The translations under genes and the position numbers were made by a program. Under the pieces are notes generated by a model, which ran no database searches, was not told where the DNA came from, and worked only from the letters and a program-made list of their open reading frames with translations. Below are positions 48,037 to 61,359 of a DNA stretch of 64,000 bases, one piece after another (position 1 is the stretch's first letter; the number at the start of each line of letters is the position of its first letter). The stretch covers positions 35,712,001-35,776,000 of the forward strand of contig CM052837.1 of NCBI GenBank assembly GCA_028534125.1, in the 5' to 3' direction. Source of the stretch: Lama glama (Eukaryota).

Positions 48037-50849
48037 TAGGCGAGGGCGAGAGCCCGGTCCAGGACGGAAGGGAAAGACAAAGAGGGCAGAGAGGACCGCA
48101 CGAGAGGAACGGCCCATCCTTGCTGACCACGCCAGTCCAGCTCTGAGTCCTGAGACGTTTTCTCTCACACATGGGACCACGCATCCCTGGGGGCTGCCTT
48201 ATTCCGGGGAAACCGTACAGCCTTGGTTTCAGAGACAGAATGTGCACCTGCCTTCCCACAAGTTACGGTCTCGGTAACCAGCCAACACAAGTTCTGCTCA
48301 CGAGTTAAGGATGTGTTTCCATGGTGACCTTCTGGCAATTAACTCCTTGGAAGGTATCCAAGACCGGCCAGCATTCTCCAGAATTTGGCACCCCAGGGGT
48401 CCAGCCCGCCCAGGGCCACTCGTTTTGGAAAATTAACCTGTGCGTTCAGGCTGCGGGAAGACGTTTGTTCCCCGACACCGCGCTTTCCCCAGGATCCCGC
48501 AGAAGAACCGGCCAGTCTGGGTCCTGTGCGCTTTGTCAGCGGGCTCAGGTCCACTGTGAGCACCTGGAGGCAGATGCGGAGAGAGGGAGGGGAGGGGCCG
48601 GTGCCTCAACTTTCATCCTCGTTGGCCTGGCTTCGGAAAGGACAGGCGGCTCATGCTAGCAGGCTGTGGAAAGGAGCGTGCGTGCGGGTGGGGGCTGAAG
48701 GCGGGCAGTCTTTGCACCATGTGTTCTTGGATGTTTCTTGCCAACATGTTGAAATTTATTACTTAGCTTCTTTACGCTTGAGGCAAAACACGCAGGACAA
48801 TGATAGTGCGTCATGGAAACAATGGTGACACATTCTAAAGAGCCATAATCACCTGGTGGCTTGGAAAGGGACCTGCACACAATTAATACTGAAATTTGGT
48901 AAGTGCCCGATCTGAGGAAACAGGTACTTTATCAGGTAAGGAAATTGTAGGGGGTGCGCCATCATTTGCACTGTACACGGCGTCTTCTGCACGGAAGAGA
49001 ATTCCCCTGTGGATCAAACGCACGGAGCAGGGATTTTAAAACAGTGCCGTGTACAAATCACACTGTCTCAGCTCTCTGCCCCCGTTCCAGGGCGATGCTG
49101 GAAAGGATTCTGCAGACTCGGCTGTGCTCGAGGAAACAGGCCTGTTTGCAGCTCAGGCTGTCCAGCCACTGCAGAGCGCTGCGCACCACGAGATAAGGAA
49201 ATTCAGCTCTCTGCAAGGTCTGGCACACGCTGCATCTGCAGAGAAATCGGGCTGGACCCAACCGCGCAGAGCAAGTGAGCTAGCAAAATTCGGAGACGTG
49301 GACATGGGTGTGGGCAGACATTGCCCTGCTTCGTGCACTTGGGGAAGTGTCCAGGTGGCCAGGACGCCTGGAATTGGGACTGTGGCTGCGCCCAGACCAT
49401 CTCCTCCACCCTCCATGCCGCCACTGATTTGCTCTGAATCTTAACGAGTTTTGTAATTTCCTGAGCCCCGATCTCCTTGTCCCCATGGATAGCTGTGTCC
49501 TGGGGTTGAAGATGAAATGAAGTTAGAAAGTGGCTGGCACACAGTAGGCTCGGTAAAAACCAGCTCTGATTCTCTGCCGTCCTGCTGGTGCCTAGAATCC
49601 CAGACCCTGTCAAGCATTCAGGTCCTCGTGGAATGAAGCAGAAATGAAATGAACGGTTCACCTTGAGCCATCGTAGTACGCGTTCCACGTGAGTTAACCT
49701 TCCATCACCAAAGGACAGTGACGCGCCCCAGCCGTTCAGACGACCTGGGATCCCGTTCCCGAGAGGAGCCTGCAAATGAGGCCCCAGGGTATCCACGAGA
49801 GAGCCTTAAACGTGCACACGTGGACCTACAAACCTTTAGGAGAATTAATTTCTCTGAGTCCGTGAATTCTTCAAAAGGATGGGAAGGGAACTCCCAGCTT
49901 GGCAGCTCTGAGACCCTTCCCCGGGCCAGGGTGTCTGGGGTCCCAGCAGGGAGCCGCCTCCGTGTCTGCAGCACCCGCGGACCCCAGCTCGTTCCGCTGC
50001 TCTCTGGTCCCCTCCCAGCAATACAAGTTATTCCAACATCACCCTCCCCCTCGATGGAAAGCAGCTGTTTTATTTCTGATTGACTCTTTCTTTGAGCAAA
50101 TCCTCCAGAATCAAGTTACTTGAAGGGTAATTGTTCCTGACGAACATCTTGCTTTTCCCTCCGTGCAGCTGCGGTTGTTCGGTCTCGGTCCCACCATTGA
50201 CTGACTGGCGTGTTTACTGCTTGACTCTGCCCCCTCCTTTCACTGTGTGTCCGTGTTGTCTGGTACTCTCAGTCGAGGGAGGTTGTGTTCTGTAAGTTTT
50301 AGGGAGAGTTACGTTTCGCTTTCCTGTGTTCCTCATATATAGGGTAAGAAATGTTTAATCTCAACCACTTTAAAATTGAGTGTCTCAATACAGCATCCTC
50401 AGACTTTGACACGAGCCCATTAACTGACAAGATCTAAGTTTCAGGGCGAAGCTGACCAGTCTCGGACGTGCAGGCATCACCTCTACAAAGTCTGGAAACG
50501 TGTGTCACTCAGTTGCATGGACTCCCCTTTAGGTATTAGATTTCCTACTCACGTGCATATTTAGTCCATCACCAAAAATGGCTAGGAGGTAGCCACGGTC
50601 CTCCCGGAGCTGTGCAGGGGCAGACGTTCCGTAATCTCACGTGAGTGGCAGTAACTCCCGGGCTTCCCCCGGGTTTTGGACGTCGAGGGCATCCTTGTGA
50701 GGAGCCAGGGCACACGTCCTAACAGAGCCAGGAGGCCTGGGATCAGGGCAGGAGTGAGGAACAGGGCGGAAAGGGGGCACCGGGGTGCCAGTCTTCCTGC
50801 CCCACGACTGCAGACCCCCGCGTCCCGGGCGGGGTTATTCTGGAGGCAT

Positions 50850-51235
50850 CAGACCATCAGCTGTCCCACCACAGTTCTGTCTTGGAGAACGTGCCCCACC
50901 CAACCCTGAAGGGCCACCCACACCACACTGAACCCTCAGTCCCACCACAGGTGACAGGCCCAGGGGTTCAGACACGGTGCTTGTATGGGTAGAAGGACGC
51001 TGAATGCCAGAGGGACGTGGGGTGGGGGCACTGAAAGAGGCAAAGAGAGAAAGAGGGGACAGAACAGAAAGGAGAGGTGGTGAGCCCTTGAGAGACAGGG
51101 AGATGGCCACATCTCCTGACCCCTCAGGTTCTGCTTTGAGCCTGGGGTCCAGCCATGCGTCACCTGTACGGTACTCGTGGTTCACTGTCACCACCACTGT
51201 GTGTCCTCTGAACCATCAAAGGCTCAAAGTAAAAC
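50850..51235 (+). mobile_element. Possible old ERVL-type LTR (LTR16/LTR33-like)
   Basis: gagagacaggg...tttgagcctggggtccagccatgc resembles these LTRs; family and ends uncertain. Confidence 0.35.
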
Positions 51236-51522
51236 CCCCGTGAGAGTCTGGTTCAGCACGTATGCCCAGGACACGGCTGCAGGCCGGGGCCGAGTGGCTC
51301 CCAGAAGAAACGAGGAGCGAGCTCAAGAAAGGGTCAGCACGTCAACTAGGCGCCCGCAGCGAGGTGGCCGGTGGCACAGGTCAGAGTGACCAGTGGAACT
51401 ACAGTGAGACATGCAGGTAAACACAGTAAAGGAAAAACGTTCCTTAGTTGACAGTAGAATAAAAAGCGTTTGATAGAACCAGTGGCGTAATTATGAAGCT
51501 GTGACCCCCCGCGTTTTGAACA

Positions 51523-51561
51523 GCGGACATGGGGAAGGTTCAAAACCTTCCCCATGTCCGC
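51523..51561. repeat. Perfect inverted repeat, 18-bp arms and 3-nt loop
   Basis: gcggacatggggaaggtt-caa-aaccttccccatgtccgc, checked base by base. Confidence 0.97.
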
Positions 51562-52050
51562 CCGCAGAGGAGCCACTGGGGTTTATGCAGGGCACGCTGA
51601 CCCACCCAGGGTCTGAGCGTGAATATTAGTCTTCCACAAGAGGAATCGGAGCTCCTCAGAGAGCAATTGATCTGAGACTCTGCAGAAGAATAAAGTCAAG
51701 ATGATCTTGGAACATCCTGCTGAAAGAATTCTTTCTACAGTGTTTGGGAATCATATCAAAAGGACAAAAGAAGCTGACCCAGGAGGCTCCCAGCAGACGC
51801 CCTGGGACAATGTGAGCATCACCAAGAAAGGGGTGATTACCAGTACCCAGAACTAAGTCAACTCAGTGAAAAACCACAGACCTCGACTGATGCTCAAAAC
51901 AGGGAAAGCTCGTATCAAGCTTGCAAAGTTTCTGTGAAAGGGTGGCGGCGGCTGGAGACGAGCTGGTGCGAGACTGTAAGCCTGCAGGTTCCTTGCTGGT
52001 TGATGGGAGAAAATCCACATGCTGCAGGGACCCGGCAGCCCCCGCTCTCA
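51545..52050 (+). mobile_element. L1MC3/4-like 3' UTR fragment
   Basis: gaggaatcggagctcctcagaga, caagatgatcttggaacatc, atatcaaaaggaca and ctgggacaatgtgagcatca. Confidence 0.7.
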
Positions 52051-53696
52051 CCCAACAAGCAAACCTCTCGCCCCTCACGGTGAAGGCGCCGGCCGCACGT
52101 GCGTCCACCATGGGCCCGCAGCGAAGCACGAACGGGTGTGCTGTGAGTCAGCGCCTCACCCAGACTTCACGGCAGCCCTTTCCCCTTTATTGTTTAAACT
52201 GGTTTGAGTTGGAGTTTTAGTAAAAATCAGCTAAGAAGCAGCAAGTCACTTAGATCCCCATGCACAACCTAGGACTCTTTGGGAAAGACCAGCCCCGCTT
52301 CCTCCTGGTCGGCGGGGAAGAACTCTGAGAAGCCTGGGTCTCCCGGCACCGTGACTAACGTGCGGCCGATGGGGTTAGATCGTTCACGCGCTCGTAGGAC
52401 ACGGAGAGGCTCCCCCCCACCTCCTCCTCTCCAGTCAGCTTCGCCCACAAAGAGCAGGAAGCCAGGCTGGGGTGCAGCCATTGTGGCCTTTGACAGGACT
52501 GCCCAGGAAGGGACACGGCTCACCACTGGGTCTTCCTTTTATTCTGACTGGTCTTGCAGACAGATTTCTCACTCTTTGGAATTCTGCAGGGGTACATCTG
52601 GGACCTCGGTCTCTACATTCTAAGTGAGTCCCTTTCTGACTCCCATTAGCTCTGGTTCTCGGGGTGTCACTTCACTTCTCAAATCTCAAAACTGCTGGCA
52701 AAAGGCGATGCCTCATTTGGAGCAGAACCATTTAGCAGGACCAGTAATATCTATTATTATCCTGGCGGCGTCAGTGATAAATTCCACCAGACTTCCACTG
52801 GGGTCACTGGCGCACATCGTGGTATCACATGTCTTGGCAATGAAGAGGTTCTCTCTCCAAGAGGGGGTTGGGGGCGGCAGTCTTCCATTGTTTCATTAAC
52901 TTCCCAAAACACATCCAGGTGTGTGATGCTGAATTCGTTGCGACAGGACAGGCGACTTAGCACCAAGATTTGTCTGCCTTGGTTCCTTCCTTCACACACC
53001 ATGTTTTCTTGAATTGGAGCTCCCCTGCTCAGTGTTCCCTGAGTGTCAAATTTTTAACTAAGACTTCTTTCCACAACCTCCATGGTATTCAAAGGACTGA
53101 GACATACATGTCAAATATTTTAAGTCATTTACAAACGTATTGAGATTTTCTAATGGTAAATGAGCAGAATGGGGCTGTGGATGGCAAAATTACCAGTTGC
53201 ATACAGTAATCAGCGGTTGTCTACCACCCATACGAGACACAGTGGAGAGGAGGCCGGACAGATTTAGCGACTCAATGGATGCATCCAAAAGCACCACTTA
53301 GAACCCAGTATTTATTTTCCATGGAGAAGAATAACTGTGCTGTTTCCTACTAGGAAATTTATGGCGCTTTTTTTCTGTTTAACCAATAACACCTTATGGG
53401 CACTTGAAAATTATATTCGCTTATGGATCAAACAGCCATTTTCATTTGTCCTGACAGAAAAGCACAAATTGCAGTGGGGTCCCCAAAGACCAGGTTCAGG
53501 CACGGCTCTGCTAGAATAAACATGGCTACAGCCAAACTCCCCATCACTCAGCCTGGGGCTGATGACTTGCTCAGGCCACTCCCTTCACAGGGAAGCCAGA
53601 CTCTGCTCTTCCTTGAGGCCCAGGCTCAGTCTTCTCTTCCCACAAACTTCTCTCCAGACATCTCTGCGCTGACTGCTCTCTCCCTGCAGGCCTCCA

Positions 53697-54031
53697 TGGT
53701 AGGTGGACCAGTCAGCCCCCCTTTTCACCTCTCTAAAATCCATGCCCTTACTCTGTCACTTTCCAGCTCCTCTTACTAAGCACAGAGTTTGTTACCATGC
53801 ACCTAAGTTTTGGATTTGGCCGCACTGTTTGTTCCGGCCAATGGAATTTGGAAAGAGGAATATTCGCATATTCTAAGCCTAGGACAGGAGTTTAAAACTG
53901 CCAAGCAGAGCCCAGACAAGACCAGCAAAACCACCCTGGCTAATGCACAGACGCATGAAAACTAAATGCTGATTTTTATCCACAACTAATGCTTTGTGGC
54001 TGTTTGTTACACAGCACTACCTGATTGATAC
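53697..54031 (+). mobile_element. MaLR LTR (MLT1H/I-like)
   Basis: ttttggatttggcc...ttccggccaatggaat...cacagacgcatgaaaactaaatgctg...gctgtttgttacacagca...tgataca. Confidence 0.7.
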
Positions 54032-55334
54032 AACCTCCTATAGTGTTTTTTTCATGCAGTGCAATGAGTGTGACAGATACGCATCTCAGCCAACTGATAC
54101 ACATATTTATGGCATTTTTCCCCCCAAAACTCAACCCAATCCCCAGGCCCCATGCTCCTTAAGTGGGATAAATTCAGTCTCATTCTGTTTAACTCTGCCC
54201 ATTGCCTTTACCCTGTCTTTGTAACAAAATTCTAAAAGTTTACAAAGTACGAAGACAGGGAGGGGCCCCTGTGGTCCTTAATGTCATCCACCTACAAAGC
54301 TGATTACTAGATGTCCATTAGTCATGGCCCATTTAGATCGCCCTGGGGACATCCTCGCCCACCTGGGCCCTTCTGACATAGAGTCTCTCTCTTCCACATC
54401 TGTCACATGGGGACGTCCTGTTGTTCCAACCATGTGCTTGGATCTGAACTACTCTGTGTGGTGCCCTTGCGCCTCCTTTGACTCATCAGAGCAGCCACAT
54501 TGTCCCTGAACTATCCCTAGAGAGAGGTATCCTCTCCCTCTGTGCTGGGCCTGACAAGCCTCTCCGGACTCGGCCTCCTTTCCTGCTGCTTAGTCCAGGA
54601 GTGACGGCAGGGGGCCCATTTCTACAGTGCCAGCTAGTGGCTGTCCCCCTCAGGTCACGGGAACCCCTCCGTCTTCCCAAGGAGGCTCTTCTGGTCTGAG
54701 GGCAAGAAAGACGGTCCTTTGTTTTCTCCCAAATGAGCTGACTATTCCTTGAGTCTTTTTGTTTGCCTAGGGACCTGGACTTTTGAGATACAAGATCCAG
54801 GAAGAGATGCCATGTATTCTGACGTCACCATTCTCCTTTCCGTCAAGAACCACGGACAACGGTGATGCGTGCGTGTCGATTCTGAGGCAGCATAACACTT
54901 TGCAGAGGCGTGAAAGAGGCAGTATGAGTTTGCTTTTTGTTAAGAGAGCTTACTGTTTGGTTCAACAACAACAACATAACAAGTAAAAGAAGCAATTAAT
55001 TAGTTGGATTAGTCACATTTCACTATGACTAATCTCCCAATCACAGATGAAGACCTCGGCTAGGAGTGCCCGCGCCACGGTGGTAGCGGCGGTCTCCACG
55101 GCACAGCTGGCGTCTGGCTTGTTGGTTTGCTGCGCTTGTCCCTCTCAGCGACAGTCAGCGATGACAACAGAGCTCTTCACAGGTGGATCTTCGGTTCATT
55201 GAAAGTTAAAGAGCTACAGAAAACGCAGTGATGCAAGTCAGGGAAAAGAGCGAGTCCCCTCTGCACGGCCATTTCTGATTCACCAAACCAGGGCTGTGTT
55301 ATCAGCCTTGGCTTCGCGGTAGGACAAACTCTGA

Positions 55335-55975
55335 GGAAATTCACAGAAAGAGCATCTTGGAGCTCCGTAGAGGGTCCCCCGGGCATGTTCAGCTGAGTGC
55401 TGATTAGAACATACAGCCCAAGGGGCCTACCTGTGGCCGGGGAGAGAGCCGCCTGAAAGGACTGGAGGGAACAGTAACAGGCATCCGTACGGGGCCGGGA
55501 ACAGCACGTCTGCTCCTCGGTCTAGCTGAGAAAACCTGTAATTCATCGAACGTTTGTCAAAGTATTCAGGAGGGTTTTGCTTCCGTAGAAGCAAAAAATT
55601 AGCTCCAGACTAAGCACAGCTCTCGAGCCGCCTAGAACAGTATAAAAGACCTGGAAGGACTAACCTGTCTCCAAGTAACTTACACGCATTTGAAAAAATA
55701 AAAACACACACACACACTTAGAATATCAACAAGAATACAAAAATAAGCAGCTCTTAAAAGATACAAACCACACAATGTCTAGCTGTAACCAAAGATTACC
55801 AGACATACAAAGAGGCAGAAAACACCACCCAAATGAGAATGATTGATTGGAATTAGCTCAGAACTGGTGTTAGAATTAACAGAAAAAGACATTAATACAG
55901 TTATTGTAACTCTATTCCATATGTTCAAAACATCACTTAGAGAGAGGCCTGGAGGATGTAAGAGAGATACGAGAA
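55335..55975 (+). mobile_element. L1MC/MD-like 5' region to ORF1 start
   Basis: aaagattaccagacatacaaagaggcagaaaa...ttagaattaacagaaaaagacattaatacagttattgtaactctattccatatgttcaaaa. Confidence 0.75.
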
Positions 55976-55984
55976 GTTTTTGAA

Positions 55985-56090
55985 GATACCACCCCCACAC
56001 AACTTCAGTCAAAGTCTCCAGAAAGGGGGCCCATCTATACGTGTATTTTTTTAAAGCTACTCCAATGAGTTGAGTCGAGAAACACTGCAC
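55985..56090. mobile_element. MER5-like hAT-Charlie DNA transposon fragment
   Basis: cagtcaaagtctccag...gtattttttaaagctactccaatgag...gagaaacactgc. Confidence 0.5.
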
Positions 56091-56924
56091 TCACAAAAAT
56101 CTAACACACTCCAAGGACTCCCAGCTTCGAAGAACTTCTTATTTGCCTTCAGGAAGCCACAGCACACTCAGAAGTTCCCAATTCATTGATCAGGGTTCCC
56201 TTCAAGGAGCAAGGAAGATTCAGGGCCTGTGTGCACCCTCGCCACGCAGTGCCCTGCCACATCACAAGAAGAACACTTGGGACAGTGGCATTTCCCTAGC
56301 ACAGCCATATAAGACATAAAACCAAAGAGCAAATCACAGTTTCTGGAAAAATGTGTGCGGTGACTGTGACCTGTTTCTGCAGTGCACGTACACTTAGCCA
56401 TTTCCATGAAAACCTGACATAAGTCTTCAGGTTTCAAAACACCTACAAATTCCACCCCTCTTCACTGCGAGCTGGCGAGTGCACTCTCACATCCTCCTGA
56501 GCACCTGCAGGGACCCAGCACTGTGTTTCTAGCAGGCAGTAAGGAAACACTTGCTGAGCTGCTTCAATTGGGTGGTACGTGGAGAGTCCTCTTGTAAACC
56601 GAGCTAGTTTTGAAGAGCATCGCAAACATACGCAGATCACAGACACTGATGGGTGGATAGAAGACCTGCGTGCAGCGTGGGGCTCTGAAAACGCCAGGGA
56701 GCCTGGGTTCCACCCCACACTGGTGAGGCCAGACTGCCAGGGGAGGCCTCTAAGTGTGGGCATCTTCTAGAAATACCCTAGGTAGTGCGGATGCTACCAG
56801 GGTTACCTCTGTTGCTGCAGGCATGGGTGCTGAATAACAGTGCATCTTACTCAGCACTTTGACGACTCAGACAAAAGGTTCAGTCCAGTATTAGAAAGTC
56901 TTTAACGTGTCTTTAACTCTTGGG

Positions 56925-57760
56925 TTTTTCTGGTGTTCTTTTTAAATTGAAATATATTTGATATATAATGTTGTATAAATTTAAGGTGTGCGTGTTAATT
57001 TGATCTCTTATATACTGCAACATGATTGCCATGGCAGCGATAATTAGCACTTCCATCAAGCCCATAATTATCATCTGTTTAGTGGTTGGAATTATTAAGA
57101 TCTAGTCTCTTAGAAAGTTTGATGATTGTAATGCGATCGTGCTGTCTGCGCTCACTATTCTGTGCTCCGGATCTCTAGGACCTAACACTGCTGCTTTTAC
57201 GTCTGTGCCCTTCAGCAGCCTCTGTCCTAGCCCCCATCCCGCCCCCTCAACCCCTATTTCACTCTCTACTTTTACAAGTTTGGCCTTTTTAGATTCCACG
57301 TACAAGTGATGCTGTACCGTACTTGTCTTTCTCTGTCTGACTTATCTCCCTCAAGTTTCATCCGTATTATCGCACGCGGCACGTGGCTGGAGGTCCTTCT
57401 TTCCCACGGCTGATTAATGTTCCTCTGCGTGTGTGCGCATGCGGACATAAATCTCACATCTCTTCTATTGATTCGCCACCCGATGGACACTTGGGTTCTT
57501 TCCGTGTCTTGGTTCCTGCAGCTCATGCTGCAGTAAACACGGGAGTGCATCTGTCCCTTTGATATCCCATTTTCATTTCCGTGGCTATATACCCAGAAGC
57601 AGGGTGGCTGGACCATACGGCGGTTCTATCTGTAATTCTTTGAGGAGCCTCCAAGTGTTTTCCACAGTGGCTGAACCAACTTATGCACCTACCAACAGTG
57701 CACAAGTTTACCTTTTCTCCACATTTCCACCAACATTTGTTACCTCTTGTGTTCTTGACT
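56925..57760 (-). mobile_element. L1MA9-like 3' end, 5'-truncated
   Basis: ttttaaattgaaatatatttgatatataatgttgtataaatttaaggtgt...taagatctagtctcttag...ttagattccacgtacaagtga...ttctttgaggagcctcca. Candidate TSD gtgtctttaactcttg (56907-56922) / gtgttcttgactcttg (57749-57764), 13 of 16 identical. Confidence 0.88.
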
Positions 57761-57854
57761 CTTGTTAACACATCCCTTTGACATACGGATCTCCAACTAA
57801 GAGTCTGGGAAGATAATGGTGCCTTTTTCAAATTTAATAATGTTTTTCTGGTTC

Positions 57855-57940
57855 ACTCAGGGTCTTAGTGGCTGCCAGACTCATGCAATTGGAAGAGGCA
57901 GAGCTAAGATTCAAGCCTTATCCTGTCTGGAACCGAAGAT
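57855..57940 (-). mobile_element. MIR fragment
   Basis: ggaagaggcagagctaagattcaagcc...ctgtctgg. Confidence 0.5.
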
Positions 57941-58039
57941 ACGATTATACACATGTCTTTGTAGATGTAAAAAGGGATGTACTTATACAACTTACATATA
58001 ACTTACCAGGGTTTATGGATTGATTGTACATGGTGTAGC

Positions 58040-58228
58040 CTGAAGAATTAAGGGGGGTTTTGTAAGGGAGACTTACATGTGAGGTGAATCTGAATGATGG
58101 AGTCTTGTGGGGCAAGGGACATATGTTTCAAGCAGAAAGGTCAGAAAGTAAAATTTCAAAGGATGTTGGGGAGGGCCTCGGTAGGGCTGGAGTGCAGAGT
58201 TGAAGGATGAGTCCTGGCAAGACGTGAG
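58040..58228 (-). mobile_element. L2 fragment
   Basis: catgtgaggtgaatctgaatgatg...gtttcaagcagaaagg...gggctggagtgcagag. Confidence 0.5.
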
Positions 58229-58352
58229 ATAGCTTTCAATAAATGGTGGTGAACAATTGGACTTTCCTGCAGGAAAAAAAAAGGTACTTCTAACTCACAT
58301 CATATGCAACAACCAGTTCAATGTGGATTAAAGGAATAAATGTCAAAGGCAA
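58228..58352 (+). mobile_element. L1 ORF2 fragment
   Basis: tttcaataaatggtggtgaacaattgg (FNKW..NW)...tggattaaaggaataaatgt. Confidence 0.65.
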
Positions 58353-58419
58353 TTGTTTCTGTAGATGGTAGGAAAGTGTAGAGGAGAATGAGTGCAGTCA
58401 CTACCGACAAACCAATCAA

Positions 58420-59767
58420 CTGGCTGTTGTTTGTCCTGAACTTGTGAGCAATCTGTCTTTTCTCTCTAGTTGCTTGAAGATCGTATCTTGTCTTTAGTTT
58501 TCTGCAGTTTCACTGAAATATGTCTAGGATTGTGTGTGGGGGGTAAATTTTTATTTATCCTTATTAAGATTAATTGCACTTCCTGGATCTGTGAATTGGT
58601 GTCTTTCTTCAGTTCTGGAAGATTCTATCTGCCGTTCAGTCACACACTGTTCCCAGCTTATTACTTCTTTCCTCTGATTTGGAACTCCAAATAGACATGT
58701 ATTGTGTTTTTATAGTCCGTATTTCATGTCCGTTTTCCTCTCATATTTTTCCATTTCTGTGTCTATCTGGGCTGCATTTGGATAATGTTTTCAGATACTT
58801 GTTTCAGTAAACTAATTATCTTTTCATCTGTGTGTAATCTGCTGTCAAACCCACCTGCTGAGTTTTAGTTCTGATCCCTTCTCTTCTTTCACATTTGAAA
58901 TTGGTTCTTTTCCAAATGTGTTTGGTCATTTTATACTCTCTCGCTTCCCCTATATTTGTAATCCTTTCATTTATCTCCAAAAACAAACCAAACACACTCA
59001 TTTTTATATTTGGTAACTGACAATGTTAATATCTAAAAAATTCTACATAGTTGTTATACTGTCTGTTGTTTTGTGAGTCCTTGTTCGTGGTGCCTGGTGT
59101 TTCTGTGAGTTTATAACTTCTGAATGAGTTCATATTTATTTAGAACCTCATCTATGGCCATTCCTCCTGCTCTGTGTTGAAGGTGTGATTACTTCCTTTC
59201 AGTTCTGTGAGTTTTTGAGAACGTCACCAGCAAGACCTGCATTAAACAACACTCTCCATCTGAGGCTTCACAGACTAGGTATTAATGTAAATTCAGCCCT
59301 CAATGCTGAATTCTCAAGTTATCAATTTCAGGACAGATTTTCCCTCTCTCACATCTGCCTCGAGGTTTGAGAGGACAGTGGCCCCGCAGCCCCTGGGGGT
59401 GGATTTGTCTCCACTTGACCTTGCATTGGGTGCAGACTCTTGGGCGCCCAGGTTTATGGGGAAGGAACTCTTGGTCTACTTAGCACCTTGGACAGATCCC
59501 CAGCTTTGCTTTCTCTCCCTGCAGCCTGAGGCTCTAAATGAAGCTCTGATATGCTGGGCTGTCAGACGCCCTCAAGGTAGAGCCAGCTTCCCTGCTCTTA
59601 TCACCTCTCTGGGTTCCAGTAATAATCAGTTGCTGGCCTCCAAGTATAATTTACTTTCTTGACGGCACATCATGCATTTTAAAGGTTTGCTTTTTTTTTT
59701 TTTAATCCAGCGTTTTGGGTTGGTTTCAGTGGAGTCTGTCATATCTAGCCCACCATTCTGCCAGAAG
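58420..59767 (-). mobile_element. Old L1ME/HAL1-like ORF1 and 5' region
   Basis: aatctgtcttttctctctagttgcttgaagat...ttctgcagtttcactgaaatatgtctagg...cttcctggatctgtgaattggtgtctttc...ggaactccaaatagacatg...taatctgctgtcaaaccca, ending ccaccattctgccagaag. Confidence 0.75.
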
Positions 59768-59950
59768 GCATTCTTTGTAATAGCTGCATAAAATTCCACA
59801 TTATAAACGTCCCACTTTTTAATCATTGTTGGATGGATAGTCAGTTTGTCTCCAGATTGTTTGGTTTGGTTTTGATGCAAAAAGAGTCCTTACGCATGCA
59901 TTTTTATGAGTGTGCGCTCTCATTTCTGAAGGACTGGTTCAAAATACCAG
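59768..59950 (-). mobile_element. L1ME-like 3' fragment
   Basis: cattctttgtaatagctgcataaaattcca...gttggatggatagtcagtttgtctccag. Confidence 0.55.
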
Positions 59951-60039
59951 AACGCCTATATCCACAGGACGCTGTGTTTGTAGATACATAGAGTCACACA
60001 CATACCTGCAATATCTCGCAATGTGCACATTTACCTCTT

Positions 60040-61225
60040 CTTTTGTCCCAAACTTTGAAAAATAAATAGTTTCAAGACTAGCATAACGAGCATGTGCACA
60101 CACACCGACACTGATCCATATACTTACAGTATGTACTGTTTTGTCGAACCACTGGAATCATATAGCCATCAGGACACGTTAGCACTAAATATATCAACAT
60201 GTATTTTTTAAAAAAACCACCACGTAACTACAACGTAGTTATCACACACAGGAAACGCAATGTTAATATCTTACTATCGAGAATGCTATTCATAGTCAAA
60301 TGTCTCCAATTGTCCCCAAAACACCTTTTACAGATGTTTTGTTTTTTAATCCAGGAGAAAGTCCAAGATCAATTAAAGATCACAGATTGCCTTTAGCTGC
60401 AAAATTCCCTTAATCCCTTTTTAACCTGGAACGGTTCTCTTAGCTTTATTTTTATTTTTGCCTTTCACGGCATTGGTCTTTTGATGAGTCCAGGGTAGCC
60501 ATTTTACAGAATATCCCTCAAGTGCATTTATCTGACTTGATTTGATTCAAGGTAACCATCTGTGGTCGGAACACCTCCTGGGAACTGCACACCACATCAG
60601 AGGATGCGCGCAACCACCGGTTCCCGTTACTCGCTGTGCTAAGTCTGAGCACTTGGTTAGTGTGGGGTCTGCCGTTTCCCCCCTGTTAAGCTATCCTTTG
60701 CCCATAGTAATCAATAAGTAATTTATGAGACCAGACTTCGATCACGTAGTCAGCCTCCTCACCAGCAATCTTCCGTGCAGTGACTTCAGCGTTCATAGAC
60801 GGTTCTTGCCTGAATCAGTAATTATTATGGTGACTGTACAGTGGCGATTTCCTGTTTCTTTTATTCTTCTACATTTAGTAATTGATATTTTTCTGTAAAG
60901 AAGAGCTTTCCCATGTACCTCAATTTTTAAAATGTTCATTCACTTATTTATATGAGTGTGGACTTGTGGATTCTTTGGGGTTTTTTTCCCCTTATTTGAT
61001 GTGTTCTGACCCATTCCCTGGACCTGGCCAGTGGGAACCCCTCAGACTGGCCATGGTGTTCTTTTCTGTCTCCAAACATTTGTGAGCACTTTCTTCACCT
61101 GAGCACAGGAGCATGTTCCCATTTCATCTTGTTCTTTCCAGCTCCAGCCCCCCACCCCCCACTGAATCCGTGGGGTCTCTTGGCCCCAGCTCCTCTTGGA
61201 AGGAACACCATTTAGAAGCTAGCAC
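60040..61225 (-). mobile_element. L1MC4/5-like 3' UTR
   Basis: ccaattgtccccaaaa...aatccagga...tttaacctggaacggttc...cacttggttagtgtggggtctgcc...ttcttgcctgaatcagtaattattatggtg...ttctgtaaagaagagctttccc. Confidence 0.8.
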
Positions 61226-61359
61226 CTCTCTGAGTCTCCGACACGCTCTCCCCTTGACTCTCAGGGCGACGCCTTTCCCAGCCCCACTGCCGCCTCTGTG
61301 CATGTTCTGCGGGCTTGTCTTGCACGTATGTCTCTGCGGTTGGTCCTTCCTGTGACGCC

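Noticed and set aside
55007-55034. gattagtca...tgactaatc 9-bp inverted repeat
   Set aside because: Short enough to arise by chance in 64 kb.
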